Assembly: GCF_009914755.1 (NCBI RefSeq)
Contig: NC_060936.1
From: the human T2T-CHM13v2.0 reference genome, Homo sapiens
DNA length: 64,000 nt
Direction: 5' to 3' (one strand)
Of this stretch, positions 24,545-39,639 are shown in pieces. Every line of letters starts with the position of its first letter. Position 1 is the first letter of the stretch. A program made the translations under genes and the position numbers. The notes beneath the pieces were generated by a model, which saw only the letters and a list, made by a program, of their open reading frames with translations, was not told the origin of the DNA and did no database searches.

Positions 24545-24755
24545 TGGGGGTCAGAGCTGAGCTCAAATCCATGCCCTGTCATTTACTAGCTGTGTGGCCT
24601 CAGGCAGGTGACTCAGACCCTGTGACTCAGTTTCTCATCTGTGACACAAGGAAGAGAATAATACCTCCTTGGAGGTTTGCTATGGGGATTAAGTAAATAA
24701 TTTATATAAAGTAGTATTTAGTATAGTTTACGGGAACAGAACAAGCCCTTATTAA
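24545..24755 (+). mobile_element. MIR
   Basis: TCAAATCC..CATTTACTAGCTGTGTGGCCTCAGGCAGG..CTCAGTTTCTCATCTGTGA..GGGGATTAAGTAAATAAT. Confidence 0.8.
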
Positions 24756-26785
24756 ATTACATCCTCAAAAAGATAAGAGAAGATGCTCTATTCAGGACGA
24801 TGATCAGGTATCAGATAAGGGACTCTACTGCCCTGAGCCAGGATGACGGCAGGTGTGTTTTTCTGTGGCACCTTTTGATCTTGTATAAAATAATAGTCTG
24901 TCCTGGAAGTGGAGTTGAGTTTCAGGCACATAGAAATGCATATCTTTGTGTGACATATCTGAGACTTATTTTAGTTTTGACAAATACTGAGCAGGTTAAA
25001 TGAAGTTGATGTGGTGGTCAGGGTTGCCCCTGGTCGCTAGTCGACAGTTCTAAGATACTAGCCCATCCCTCTGAGTGTGAGAAAGTGGGCTAAACGATGG
25101 ATGTGGTTCTCCAGTTTCTCCTTATCCCAGGACACATGCAGACTTTCATGTAGAATTATGATTCCCTTACAGCATCTCAGATCTTGAGGGACCTCCCTTG
25201 CTGAGAGAGGCATGCTGAGAGCACAGAGTCTCTGAGCAGCATTTCGGGGAGCTGTGTCTGCCTTGGGTGATGCAGCCTGGGGTGCTGCTATTTTTCTTCT
25301 CAATTGTAGAAAGTGGCCTTCTGTTGGCTACGGTTTTACTTACACATAGCAGGAGACCCAGGTGTGAGGTGGAGGACTGTTTCTTGTGGTTCAGGAGAAG
25401 ATCACCATCGTAAACTATTGAGGGGAGAAGAGGGCCAGTTGTAATTTTCAGGTCCTTAAATGAAACATTTATGAAGCTTTCTTTGGTGTAAACTTTGGTG
25501 CATGGAGGGATTGTAGGATGGCCCCTTTCTCTGTGAACTCCAGCAGAGTCAGAAAACTTCATGAAGATGGGAGTGGGGAGGGCCTTGATTTGGTCTCTCC
25601 TGTGATTATGTGTTAGTCCCTCAAAGACTCTTAAGTTGCAGCTCTGGGATGCCTGCTGGGAAGAATTGACGGGATTCTGTGCTTTAAGAGGGTTTTAGGG
25701 AGCTGGGTAACAATCACTGCTGTGGGATTTGTTTTCAGTCTGTTTTCTTGGTAACAGTTTCTTAAGATAGAAAGTGAATTTATCTTAAATTGAAATGGAA
25801 ACATTATAATTAAACATTTACAAGGAAAGCAGATTTATAGCTATGGTAGTTACATTTTTTTCAGTGTCAACAGATGCCATTGAAGCTAAATAACCCATTG
25901 AAACTGCAAGAAAAATGTTTTTTTTAAAAATATAAAATCTGTTAACAATGGTAGTCTTTATTCTACTTGTTTTCTCTGGTGCCTTAGTGACAATAAAATA
26001 GAAAGCAGTCGTGCACCGTGAAATTGAGCTGAATTGGGAAGGGCAGGGGTGATGAAAGTGTATTTTTTTTTTTCCTGTGGTAATTTATTAAAGTTGCCTT
26101 CACAATGGTGGGGAAACATTATATCTATTTGGGAGTGACTACTGGGTTGAAGGAAGTGTAGTTTCTTAACTATCAGTCCTTTCCTCCTTTCTCTTAAAGG
26201 TGAAGTTAGGTCATTGCTCTCATATACATACAAAGAACTGGAATCTGTAACAGGCTAAAACACTCCTAAATATTGGCACGACATCTCACTTTGTAAATTC
26301 ATGTTTTATAGTTTGCATGGAACATTCTTTATGTTACTTTGTGCAATTTTTAAAGTAATTCAAGGTCATTTTTGAAAAATTGAAAAACATGAAGTTCAAA
26401 GAACCATTGTTAACATTTTCCCCCTACTTCCATAGTGTTCTTATTTTCTGAATTTTTTATGTTCTATATAAACAGTTTTCTCTCCTGTCTTTCTTTTGGC
26501 TTAATATTTTATTATAGCTGTTTATAACTGTAATTGTAAACTTTTTGTAAATCTTTCGATAGCCTCTTACTACTCTTTCATATAAATGTTACATAATTTA
26601 ATTTCCCTAATGGAACCAGTAAGGTTGTTTCTAAATATTTTGCTATTATCAATAATCTTTGAATCTTTGTCTTTCAAAGTATTCCCTTAGATGCATTCCA
26701 AGAAGTGATGGTACTGGGTATTGATACTTTTAAGATTTATTACATGCTCTGGAAAACTGCTTCCCAGGAAGTATCAGTGAATTCT

Positions 26786-27153
26786 TGAGATGGTCGGTTT
26801 TATGTGTTAACCTGGCTGGGCTGTAGTCCTCAGTTATGCAATCAAACACTAATCTAGGTGTTGCAATGAGGAATATTGCAGATGTGATTAATGTTCATAA
26901 TCAGTTGACTCTAAGTAAGCGAGATTATCCTAGATAATCTGGTGGGCCTGATTGATTAATTGAAAGGCCTTAAGAGCAGAACTGACCTTCTCCAGAAGAA
27001 ATTCTACTTGTAGAATGCAGCCTTAGCTGCTGCCCGAGAATTTCCACCCTGCTGCCTGCCCCCACAACCACGGAAGGCAATTCTTTGCAACAAATCCCCT
27101 TAACATATATCCCCTACTAGTTCTACATCTCCAGTTGAACCCTTACTGAAACA
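26786..27153 (+). mobile_element. MLT2D-like ERVL solo LTR inserted in an ancient L1ME (~26400-27360, minus strand)
   Basis: TTTTATGTGTTAACCTGGCTGGGC..TCAAACACTAATCTAGGTGTTGC..ATAATCAGTTGACTCTAAGTAAG..GATTATCCTAGATAATCTGGTGGGCCTGAT. Confidence 0.85.
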
Positions 27154-27502
27154 CTGCTCCAAGAAGTATATGAACTGCTCAACTCATCTCATCCTCAGAG
27201 TATGGGTCTAAGGACATTAACATTTTTGCTTATTTGATAAGTGTAAAGATACAGTCAATTATTTGCTACATTGATTTTCCTCTCCAATGGAAAAAAAAAA
27301 CTTTTCAGATATTTATTAATCATTTGTATTTCCACTTTTGGTAATTGTCTTTTCCCACTGATGGAAGTGAAGCTTTGTGGTTGACGAGGTGGGCTCTGGA
27401 TCTGTGTCCTGACCCTATCACTAGAGACCTTAGGCATAGAACCCCTTGCTGCCCCAGTCTCTTCATTTGTAAATTGGCTATACTAATGTACCTACCTTTC
27501 CC

Positions 27503-28337
27503 AGTTATAAATGTATTACTCCTCAATCTCAAATTCACCCTTCACCACCTGCTCTGAGACAATGGGCCAAAGTCTAAGCCTTTCTTCTCTGCAGTGAGTA
27601 CGGTATTTAAGCTTTGTCAGCAGAGGACACTGGAGGAACATGGTAGGAGGAGGGATCTGCATCTGGAGTGCTGCTCTTTTTTCTTCTTTTTCCTGCTGAC
27701 ATCTGGCTGCAGTGGTGCATGGGCAGGACATCCAGTGTTAGTCACTCCACCCCAGCTGTGAACCCTGAGCGTGTGATCCCTTGGCAAGCTCACAAGCTGG
27801 CCAGGCCTGGGTACCATCTTGTTGGGGCCTTCTAGTGTGGACACTGTGCACCCCAGGCCTTGTGCTGCCCTGACACCCTCTGCTTACCCCACCAGCCTGC
27901 ACCGCGGAGAGTTGGCTCCTTTGACTTGGAGACAGACATCTCACACCTCAGGCCATGTGCTACCCTCCTGGGGAGTGGCTCTCAACACTGTGACTCACCC
28001 CTGCCCACCCACCCACCAGCCTCAATCCTTCATCCCAGGATAGAGTTCCCTCCTTGCCTCGCAGGGAGACAGCTCTGGGGTGGGCATCCCAGTGGAATTC
28101 TCTGCTATCCTGGGGGCTGCAACCTCGCTTTCTCCAACAAAGTCTGAATCCCAGTCTTGGGGAGGTCTCTCCAGGCCCCCGCCAAGTTGTTCCTTTCTTG
28201 GATACTTTTCATCAGCTCCACAGTATTCTTCTGAGTTCTCTTTTTATCTTGATAAGTTCTTCCCCATTATAGTTAATAGTTATTTGTTTTAAATTTTTTT
28301 TTCTTGTTCAAATTACTGACTGGACTCCAGCTGATGC
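27503..28337 (+). mobile_element. ERVL solo LTR (LTR52/LTR40/41 group) nested in a MIR (halves ~27370-27502 and ~28340-28435)
   Basis: TAAGCTTTGTCAGCAGAGGACACTGGAGG near the 5' end and TGTTCAAATTACTGACTGGAC..CTGATGC at the 3' end. MIR sequence resumes in register on either side. Confidence 0.55.
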
Positions 28338-28589
28338 TTGGCCTCACAGAACTGTTGTGAGGTGACTCATACAATGCACTTGGATCACAGACTGCAAATA
28401 GTAGGTGCTCAATGAATGCTAGTTATTATTACCTTTGGCATCTTAATATTTTCTTATTGATTTGTATGAGCTATTTATATATTAAGGATGTGAACTTAAA
28501 ATAGAGCTTTAGAAAGTAATATAATAAAGTGGCCTACAGAATATCTAGTTAGAAGACCTAACTTAATGTTCATTAAGAAGTAACCAGGA

Positions 28590-28820
28590 TTAGGCATAAC
28601 TTTAGAGTAGAAAAAAAAGTTGGATTTGAATCCTGGCTCTGTAATTTGCTTATTTTGGGGAAGACCTTTAGTCTCTTCTAGACTCCTTTTTTCTCATTTG
28701 TATAGATGCAAATAAAAATAAATGTATTTTAGGGTTGCTGGGAAGACTACAAGAGATGAAGAATAATAAAGCTTTTAGGGCAGTTTCTCCTACATAGTAG
28801 GCACTCCATAAATGTTTCTT
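28590..28820 (+). mobile_element. MIR
   Basis: GGATTTGAATCCTGGCTCTG..TTCTCATTTGTA..AGGGTTGCTGGGAAGA..ACATAGTAGGCACTCCATAAATG. Confidence 0.7.
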
Positions 28821-29059
28821 TGTCCTCTCCAGTTCAAGTCATATTCACTTTCACACATAATGAAGTACCTCATTTGGCATTCTTAACAACCTCAGGAAGC
28901 CACCAAGACTGGTATTGCAGCCGAATAAAAACCAAGGCACAAAGTCATTTAACTACTTACCATCACATGCTGGCTAGCAACCATGAAAGGACCAGAGTAT
29001 TGCATTTTGGATTTGCTTTTACTCTACTTAAGAACTAATGAGTTACCATGACTCAATGA

Positions 29060-30050
29060 ATCCTTGATTAATTTGATCTTTTGTTGCTTTGAAGTGACCC
29101 TCTTTATCTATATCTGTGCTTTTTGTCTTAAAATCTACTGCATATTGCTATTTTATACCAGTTTTCTTTTGATTACTATTTATGTGGCATATATATTTTT
29201 TCAAACTTTTAATTCCAACCTATGTTTCAGATATTTTGGATATGTCTCTTGTGTTTTAATTATATTTTTGCCAGTCTGTCAGCCTTTGTCTGTTAATTGG
29301 CATATGTTGTTTATTTACACTTAATGTGAAGACTAATATATGTGTTTTAATCTGTGGTCTTACTATGTATTTTCCCTTGTTTACTCCTATTCTATTCTGT
29401 ATTTATTTCTGTTTTTTTTTGAATTAAATGGAAGGATGAAATAATTAAATAATTAAAAAATTCTCATTAGCTTCAAAGTTATATACCATTTTATTGCCTT
29501 AGTAGCTACCCTAGAGAATTCGTCACTTTTATTTATGAAAATCTAATATTATTTGATAACTTTACCACATATCCAGACAATTCCTTATAATATGTTAATT
29601 CCATTTATCATGCTCTGTATACGCCATTATTGTTGTGTAGGTTAATATTCTTTTTCTATAAATGATAAGACATAAGTATTATTTTAATAGTCAACACTCA
29701 CATATATTACACATGTATTTGCTTCTTTTTTGCCTCTTTCTTTCTTCCTACATCTCTAATCATCTGGGTTCACTTTTCTTCTGCCTTTATAGGTATTCTA
29801 TTTAGTAGTCTCTGCTACAGGTAAATGGTGTCAGTTTTTATTTGTCTGAAAATGACTTTATTTCATTTTTATTCTGGAATAATATTTTCCCTGGCAGTAG
29901 AAATCTAAGTTGGCAGTTATTTTCTCTCAGCACTTTGAATATATCATTATATTGTCTTCTGGCTTACATTGTCTCTGTTGAGAAGTTGCTGTCAGTCTAT
30001 TTTTACTTTCATGGTAATATTTCTTCTTTCTGTGGCTGCCTTTTTAAGAA
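29060..30050 (-). mobile_element. Ancient L1M/HAL1 ORF1-region fragment, probably continuing at ~33700-34440
   Basis: TTTGTCTGAAAATGACTTTATTTCA..AGTTGGCAGTTATTTTCTCTCAGCACTTTGAA..TTGTCTTCTGGCTT..TGTTGAGAAGT is antisense old-L1 ORF1. Confidence 0.6.
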
Positions 30051-30112
30051 TCAAAATATTTTGAGGTATAATTTAGATACAATACAACATATCCATTTAA
30101 AATGTACATTTT

Positions 30113-30392
<280 letters not shown>

Positions 30393-30921
30393 TCATTTTG
30401 ATGAGTTTTGACAAATTTATTCACCCAACTAATCACCATCAACTAGATGCAGAATAGTGCCATACTGTCTGATCTTAAGTATTCTTTGTGCTTTATCCCA
30501 ATCAGACATTCCTACTCCTCTTCCCAGGCAACCACAGACCTGCTTTTCATTTTTATAGATTGAATGGATCTTTCCTACAGTTTAATAAAGATGAAAAGAT
30601 GTGTCTGGCATCTTTTGCTCAGAAGAATGCTTTAAGGTTTATCCATGATGCTGTGTATATCAGTATTCAACTTCCCCATCCCAGTAGTATTCCATTGTAT
30701 AGATATAATTTATTGTCTATTCACCTGTTCATTGACATTTAGTTTGTTTCCAGTTGCAAGCTATTATGAATAAGGCTGCTATGAACATTCACATACAAAT
30801 ATTTGGGTAAATACTCAGGAATGGGAATTCTGAGTCATATGGTAAGTATATATTTAATTTTATAAGAAACTCCCAAATTGTTTTTCAAAGTGATTGTATG
30901 ATTTTATGCTTCCTACAGTAA

Positions 30922-31395
<474 letters not shown>

Positions 31396-31929
31396 CATTC
31401 ATATATCTTTGAGGAAATATCTGGTCAGTTTATCTATTTTGTCTGGTGTGAGCTTTGGTATTTGTCTTTCAAGGAATTTGCTGAATTAATTTATTTGCAT
31501 GAAATTGCTTATAACATTCTCTTATTGCCCTTTTAATGTTTGCAGGATCTGTAATACTATTTTATTCCTGATATTCATAACTTTTCTATTTTCTGTTTTA
31601 TTCTTGACTAGTCTGGCTGGAGATTTATCAATTTTTTTAATGTTTCCCAAGAATTAGTTTTTCATTTTATTGCTTTTCTCTATTGTCTATTTTCCATTTC
31701 ATTGATTTTACTTTTATCTTTATGGTTTTCTCCTTTCTGTTTAATTTGCTCATCTTTCTCTAGTATCTTGGGGAGTATGGTATGACATGGAAGTGTATCA
31801 AATTGTGGGGTTTTTTTTTTGCTTAAACAATAGAAATTTACTTCTCACAGTTCCAGGCACTAGAAGTCAAAGATTAAAGTATCAGTAGGTTAGAGTGGGC
31901 CTTAATTCAAAAATCCTGGTGTCCTTGTA

Positions 31930-33695
31930 AGTAAATATGTTTTATGCATTGGTAGGGGTGTAACAATTCTGAAATAATTTTAGAAGTTTTCAAGAGTAAG
32001 CAAATGAGTCAACATTTTAGTGTAGTTGGGAGCCAACCAAAGAAATGACATTTGAATATTAAATGTAGAAAGAGTCTTGTGGCATTGAATTGTAACTGGA
32101 GGTAGTGGTATGACTTATGATTTCAAAACTGTGTATTCACATTTGTACCTGTATATATGGGTATGCATGTATGTTTAACTGTATGTGTATGTGGATTTGT
32201 ACATGTTATATGTACATGTATATTTTTAGCTCTGTTCAGTAGAAGGGCTAAGAATCAATTGCATTTCAGTAGCTATGAGGATAACTTGCAGTCAAATTTT
32301 ACCATTTTATATTCTTTTGTATTCTTCCCTTTTAAAAGTAGAGAAGAAGTGATACCTTGGAGAAATGGCTGACTTCAGTTCTGGTCAGAGTAGATACAAG
32401 GTGAACCTGTTGTGTCTTGTTAGTTATGCCAAAAAATTAGGAAGATAAAAAAAATGATGATGGCATGTCTTAATTACATAGAACAAAGTTTGAAGAGGTT
32501 TCCACTGGTTAAATATGGAAGAATTTGAGCACCAAAATAGGCACAGTAATGAATCTAAACTATTGAAAATATAGGAATTCACAAACCCGTGTAGATAATA
32601 AAACAAAAATAAATAAGCACATAAATAAATCGTGATAGGAGAGTGACTTTTTGGCTTTCTCTTGTGTACAGTAAGATACTGAGGCCCAATTAAATATGGA
32701 GGGAATGCTGGCATTGAAAAAACCCCAGAATTTTAACATCAGCATAAATAAAGATTGTGTCAGGCACAAGTTATTGGCAGATGCTAATCTAGTGGAAAAT
32801 TTTGATGATTGGCACATTATTTACATGGTCTCAAAATGTCTCCTAACAGATCGCTTATTAATTATAAGGGGAAAAAATAGTAATTTTACGTTGGTGAAAC
32901 TGAGCAATACCTTGACTATGTAGCTGAAATTAATATCACCAATGAGGGGCACATGGACACCCATTGCCCCCAGGTTTGATTCTCTGACAAGGACACAACA
33001 TCACTTATGTAAGTATTCCAGCTAGCAATGTGTGATTTAACTGGATTGAATCATGAGGAAACATTAGACAAACCCCAAATCAGGAGAGATCTATTTTTTA
33101 AAAGGCAGTGAGGGTGTGTATGTGTGTGTGTGTGTATGTTGTACTCTTCAAAAGTGTCAATGTCTTAAAAAACAAAGACAGACTGTAGAAGTGTTCCAAA
33201 TTAAAGGAGACTAAAGGGATATGCAATAACAGACACCACATGAGATCCTGTCCTGGGGAAAAAATTGCTATAAAGGACATTATTAGGTCAATTGATAAAA
33301 CTGGAATATAAGCAGTTAATTAGATATAAGTATTGTATAAATGTTAAATTTACTGAAATTGATGACTGTACTATGGTTCTGTTCTAGAATATTCCTATTC
33401 TTAGGGAATGCACACCGAAGTATTTAGGGGTAAGTGGCCATGGCATAAGTAAATTACTTCTAGATGGTTCAGAAAAAGTACAAAAAGTGTATACATACGT
33501 ATGTATATATTGGGGGAGAGAGAGAGACAGAGAATGAAGAGAGTGAGTGCATGTAGATGCACAAGAATAAGAAAACAACAATGAAAATGATAAATAGCAT
33601 AAAATATTGACAATAAATGAATCTGGGTATTCTTGGTAATATTCTTGCAACTTTTTTGTAAGTTTGAAGTTATTTCTAAATAAGATGTTAAAACA
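31930..33695 (+). mobile_element. L1MC4/5-type 3' region
   Basis: GAGGTTTCCACTGGTTAAATATGG..AATTTGAGCACC, GAATCATGAGGAAACATTAGACAAACCCCAAAT, ATTCTTGCAACTTTTTTGTAAGTTTGAAGTTATTTCTAAATAA. Confidence 0.8.
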
Positions 33696-34449
33696 TTAAG
33701 ATTATGCCTGAGAGCTCCAGTATTACATTCCCCTGTGGGTCCAGTTCTGTGGTCTACTGTTTTTTTTTTTTTTACTATTCATGCTTTGGCAGTTACCTCG
33801 TCTCCTCATGTGTGTAGGTATTTTTCATTATGTGTCAGACATCGTGTTTTCAGAAATGTTTGTGGAAATAATTAATTTGAGTCCTTAGATGAAGGCACTT
33901 TTCTCCAGAGAGAATTTATGAATAGCATGAATAGTTAGTTTACTTTTGCATGTGCCCAGAGGCACTAGCATTCCAGGATATCAGGAAAAAACTCAGATCA
34001 CTTTAATTCATGTTCAGGGACTGACTGTCCATGTCTGATTCACTCTTATTCCCATGGTGTGGTTCTTTGGGGTTCCCAAACAAATTAAAGTGTGTTGGGG
34101 GAAGGATGTTGAAAGATTTGTGAGGCTTCTTCCACTTTGTGGGCTCTGGATTCTGGTGTCTGTTTTAGGTTTGTGAGGTTGTCGAAAGTTCTTAGCCTCT
34201 TAGCTGACCCCCGTCTGGTATTAGCAAATGCCCACAGAAGAAAAGAGGCCCCCAGTTCTGGGCTCATCTTCATGCACCTATCTCATCCCCTGGATTCCAG
34301 CTGTGTAATTTTTTACCTTTAAAATTTTTTTTGATGTCTGCTGTAAGTCATATTTATATTTTGACTAGTTTCTCTTGTTGTCCCCAGCAGGAGAATTTCT
34401 TGGGGTCACTGAGACTGCCATTACTGAAAGCAAAAGTCTCCCAACTTGA

Positions 34450-35200
34450 TTCTTTTAACTTCTATAAAGTATTTGATAATAGGGCTATATCATGGTTTAC
34501 TTAGCCATTCTTGCATTGACAGACATTTAGTTTTTTCCAAATTTGTACTGTTTCTAATAATGATGGGTTAATCATACTTGCATGTGTCTCCCTGTGTACA
34601 TGTAAAAGTACTTTTCTAGCTATCAGGAAATGGAAATGCTAGGTTATAGCTATTGAACATTTTAAATGGTAGTGGAGCAGCCACAGTTTTCCAAAATGAC
34701 AGTAGTAGTATATACTCTACCAGTGATGCATAGGAGTTCTCATTTTTCCACAGCCTCCTCAGTGCTTGACATTATATAATCTTTGAAATGTAGCCAATGT
34801 GATGAGTGACAAAAATATCCCCTTATTGGTCTAATTTTCATTTTGGTGACTGACAACAACATTGAACATCTTTTCATATGTTTATTGGCCATTTGTATTT
34901 CCTTTTCTGTGAAATCTCTTTTCGTGTCATTTGCCCACTAGCTGATTTTTCATTATTGATTTATATGTATTCATTACATATTTTGGATATTCATTCTTTT
35001 AAATTTATGTATCAAATATTATCTTTAGTTTGTCACTTCCCTTCACATTTTCATGGAGTCTTTTGCCTTACGTTGTAAGTATTGCGGTAGTTTAATTATC
35101 AATCTTATATTCTGTGGCTTTGCACTTTATCTCTTACACTAAAATCTCAAGGCTTGTCTCCTATAATTTAAAAATAATCCTGTTTGTTTTTTGCATTTCA
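34450..35200 (-). mobile_element. L1ME-type fragment
   Basis: TTGAACATCTTTTCATATGTTTATTGGCCATTTGTATTTCCTTTTCTGTGAAAT. Confidence 0.7.
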
Positions 35201-35202
35201 GT

Positions 35203-35205
<3 letters not shown>

Positions 35206-35244
<39 letters not shown>
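35206..35244. repeat. (CA)n microsatellite
   Basis: Directly visible, ~19 units. Confidence 0.97.
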
Positions 35245-35246
<2 letters not shown>

Positions 35247-36504
35247 ATCCAACACTTAAATTTTTTTAATTCACTCACATTCTGTGGGCTTTCATTCCTT
35301 GTATTTGACTTTCAAATTTTATAATATGAATTTTAAATGAGAGCATTTGGTGACCTTTTTGTAGACTGCAAAAGGAGTTGCCTTTTTCCATCATATCTCT
35401 TCTTTTTCCTTCTAGTTTTTTTCTCTAATGAGAAAAATGATGATAAGAAGTGTCAGCATGGAATGGTGACGGATGCTGGGCCAAGTATCAGAGGAAAATG
35501 GATCGCAGTGTGTCTGTCCATGCACAAACATTTTGTCTCTTTGGGCCTTACTTTTGTCGACCTCAAAGCAAGAGCATTAATGTACAATTATTAAATTCTC
35601 TTCTAGGTCTCATACATTTATAATATTATCATGATGAAATGTAATCATTGAAAAGATTTGTATCAGTATTGCCTAAGGCCTTTGACTTGAAAGTAAATTA
35701 TACATTGAAAACCAAGTGCAAAAAAATCACTGAAAACCTTCTTTAGCATAGTTATTTCCTAAATGCCAATTACAGTAGGTTAGTCTGTTTAGAGATGCTC
35801 CATGAAACACCAGTGTAAAGGATAGGTGATCCAGTCAGTGTGAGAGCTGCTTCATAGTGCATTTTCTATTCCTATTCCTCTCTTGGAGATTTCCAAACAC
35901 ACATTAGCTTATTAAACCCTGCCATTTTGTAGGGGCAGATGCCTGTCACCAAACCCCAGAGCATGCAGGATGCTCAGCCTGGTGTGTACCGACTCTGCTT
36001 GTCACCATGCCACAGCCAATCACGGTGCCTTTTTGGATTGTCCTGCCTTGTTAATTACTGTTTGGGCAGCTTGTCCTAATCCCCTATCCTAGGAACAGGG
36101 CCAGACTCAACAGAAGACATCTCTTGTCCTTGCTGAATTTACTATTGTTTTGCTTCTGCACATGGCTCTGGAGAGCTGAATGGAGCTTTCAAGTAGGGCC
36201 CGTTTTAACAGAGATTTCTGGGCTCTGGCTTAGACCCACCTATGTAGATGATGCCCTGTGATGAATGCCACGTTTCTGTTTTCAGAAAGAGGCAGCAAAG
36301 TTATCATTATGACAACTTTACAGTGAAAAAGCACTGTAGCCTGGCTTCAGTCTGGCATCTAAAATAAAATAATAACCAAAATAAGGACACTGGCTTTGAA
36401 TTTATTCCACCTTTTCTCCCTGGCTCAGTTTTCCATTGTGAACCTATACATGGCAACAGTTACGCAGAAAGATGGCAAAAGGAAGTGCCTGCCTACAGCC
36501 AGCC

Positions 36505-36505
36505 G

Positions 36506-36549
<44 letters not shown>
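36505..36549. repeat. Interrupted (GT)n microsatellite
   Basis: Directly visible. Confidence 0.97.
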
Positions 36550-38040
36550 ACATTTCTGGCAATTCCTAGCATTTCTCTGCATATGAAGGTGATGAGAATG
36601 AACACCCCCTCTGTAATGAAACCAAGTGCTAGCAGATAGCTTGGCCTCTTCAGTAATTTAAGGTCTTCATATAGGCATTTGCAAAGACAGAGCTGTGATA
36701 GCAAACATCTTGCTTAGCGCTCAAAAGAGAAAACATTTCTGTCATCCAGAAATCTGCTTATTTATCTCTTAGGAAAGGATTTATAAATATAGTTTTAGGA
36801 AGATAGAAACCATTCCATTCTGGATGATCCTGTTAGGTTTCTCCATTTGTTTGCTTTGCATCTGAGGACTTTCCTAGTTCATTGGCTGTTTTTCTCTTTA
36901 ACAAGTGGATATGATGCCTCGCTTGATGTTTATTTTCAATCATGATAGAAACTGTGAACTATCTCTAGGTTAAGAAGTGAAATTTTAAGTGCTATGCACT
37001 GATACTTTTTTGGTCCCTGAGAAGCTAATAAGAGAACTTTAAATGTAGAACTTAAAATTCCTGCACTGAATTGGACTCATTAAAAACTTAAAATACACCT
37101 CACCATCCAAGGCCCTCAAGCAATCTGAACAGAAGGTGCTCTATGTCTTAAAAGAAGAAATACGCAGTTTGAGTTTACTAGAGTGCAACAAACAACCATT
37201 GACGATTCAAGGGAATTCTGGAGTGATTCCTAATTGGGGGGTAAGGGAGGGGAGTCTGGAGTGGAGGAGAGGCAACTGCACATTTCAGGAGGGGGAACAA
37301 TGGGGTGGAGGAAATGAAAGGTGGAAGGAGTAAGAATAAAGACCCGACTAGGGGGAGAGAGAGGAGAGGGAAGGAGAAGAATGCAGGAAACCGTAAAGTA
37401 CTAGTGGTGAATGCTATCTTGGGAACCGAGGGGCTTAGTTCGAGGCAAGAACAAAGTGCTGATGAGGATAAAGCCTGGCATTTGGGGACATTTGTGGGAA
37501 TCACAGCCTGTGCTTAGTGATTAAAGTAAATCAGATTTGAAATTCTGCCCAGCCCAGGAAGGCACAGAGGACTTTCCTAAAGAGCTCGAGAGAAATTTGC
37601 AAGGAGATGTTGGTGACGGGAGGTTTAAATAAGAAGAAATACTAGTAAGAGAAAGGAACTGTGTGTGATTTGTGTGATTTTGGTGGGGGCAGTGTCTTTA
37701 TTCTTTCTTTACTATTTTCTGAGTTCCCTGAAAAGGTTGTTGGACCAGATCATTTCTACACGTCGTTGTCCAGGGATGGATTATCTTCAAGGGTTGGATT
37801 TTTTTTTTTTTTTAAGTAATCTGAAGGTATGTGTAATCACTTGTATGTTTCACTAATGATTTGATCACGGCTCCAGCCCCCTTGTGGTTGGGTGGAGCCA
37901 TGTGATGATTTCTGGCCAGGGAGTTGTAAGTGGAAGTTGTTGCATTTGCTGCTTTTATGCCACAGCGTTTACTTACTGTTGTGGAACTTTCCAGATCTCT
38001 ACCTCAGGGTGATTCTGGAGTAAAGAGATGTGGAGTAGAC

Positions 38041-38244
38041 CAGGGACTGGTGCACTTTTTCTGTAAAGGGCCAGATAGTAAATATTTCTGGCTTTGGAAG
38101 CCATGCTCTGTTGCAACTACTACGTTCCACTGTTATGGCACAGAAGCAGTAAATGAATGAGCGTGGCTGTGTTTAATAACATTTTAGTTACAAAAACAAG
38201 TGGCAGGCCGAATTTGGCCCATGGGCTGCAGTTTGTGACCCTTA
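38041..38244 (+). mobile_element. MER58A hAT-Charlie MITE nested in an MLT1(I/J-like) LTR (~37850-38372)
   Basis: CAGGG..TTTTCTGTAAAGGGCCAGATAGTAAATATT..ACAAAAACAAGTGGCAGGCCGAATTTGGCCCATGGGCTGCAGTTTG. The 8-bp TSD is GAGTAGAC / GAGTGGAG. Confidence 0.88.
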
Positions 38245-39639
38245 GAGTGGAGCACCCATCCAATTCCCGCTGGACATGTATCAGCATATCCATGAGAAAT
38301 AAGGTTTTATTTTTAAAGCCACCCAAATATTGCGTTTGCTACCACAGCACCCCCGAGCCTATTTGACTGACACAAGGTGAAAAGGAGCCAACTGTGCTTC
38401 TGGTTTTATAAAGGAAGCAGCTTTCCTGGGAAGATGGCCAGGACGAATCCCCAGACCATTACAGTTAAACCTGCATTTATTGATCACCAGCTGTGTGCTG
38501 ATAACTGTGCATTTTCCCAAAGCTTCCAAAACAGGTCCCAGGAAACAGTCTAAAAACGCCTCCTTGCATGAAGGATTCAAGAGGCTGCCAGGGCACTCAC
38601 TGTCGGGGCCCTGCTTCTGGGAGCCGGGATCTAGGGGGCTCATCCTGCCTCCACCCTCTGTGGGGCTTTGCCTGCTGAGGAGCCTTCAGCCCTAAAGGGA
38701 AGAGGGAGGTGCAGGGTTTTTGTTGCTTTAAATCTGCCTCGTTACTCTCTTACAGGTTCCTTCTGAGACCTGGGCTGTTCCTACCTGGCCACTCACCAGG
38801 CTGCATCAGGTTCTGCTTATTCCCAGGCCTCCCCACTGCAGTCTCTCTGTGCTCCCTGGAGGCAAAGACTGTGTCTTGTTTGTCTCTGTGTCCTCAGAGG
38901 CTGGCACATGGCAGGGGCTTCAGAAAGACCTGTGGACCCCCAAACCTTACATCTGAACTTTGTGAATTTTATTTGTTTTTCTGTAGCAAAATGTATGTTT
39001 TCTATTTTTTATGAAAAATCCCCATTCTCTTTTGGCTGGGAACCCCTCTCTGGAGCTCTCCTGTCCCATTTCCTTTGTGATCTTCTCTTTCCCAGCCCTG
39101 GAGACACACATGCTGCCCAAATCCCGAGGTCCTCCCCTCCCTGCTGCAGGCAGGTCTGGCTGGAGATGCTCCTGAGTGGGCTCTGCTGCCTGCAACCTGC
39201 CCACCTGCCCTTCGAAAGCTCAGGCTCATTCTGTGGCTCAGGGGGGCTGTTTATTCACTCGCTCTGATGATAAAGCTGCATGTACAGCAAGTGACAGGAA
39301 GCTGATGGACAGGGAGTGACCCAGGAAACGTGTCTCAGCTCTTTCCTTCTCTCCACCTCCTTCGCAGGGATTCCTAGTTTCTCCCCTAAGACTGTCTTTT
39401 TTTCTCCTGATTTTGCTTAGTTTGAGGATTTTCTTTCCAACTCATGTTTGCCAATTTAATTCCACCATTTTAGCTCCTAATTGGGGTGGAGGGTGAATCG
39501 GTCTCCTGTGCTCAGAGTTGGAATTGGGATCTGCATTCTGGGGTTCCTTGATCTCTTTATTAATCACGGCCAGCTCTTACAGCTCATCTGGGCATAATTA
39601 ACGTCAGCCAGAATGTGAGCGTTGAGTTTGGATGGGACC

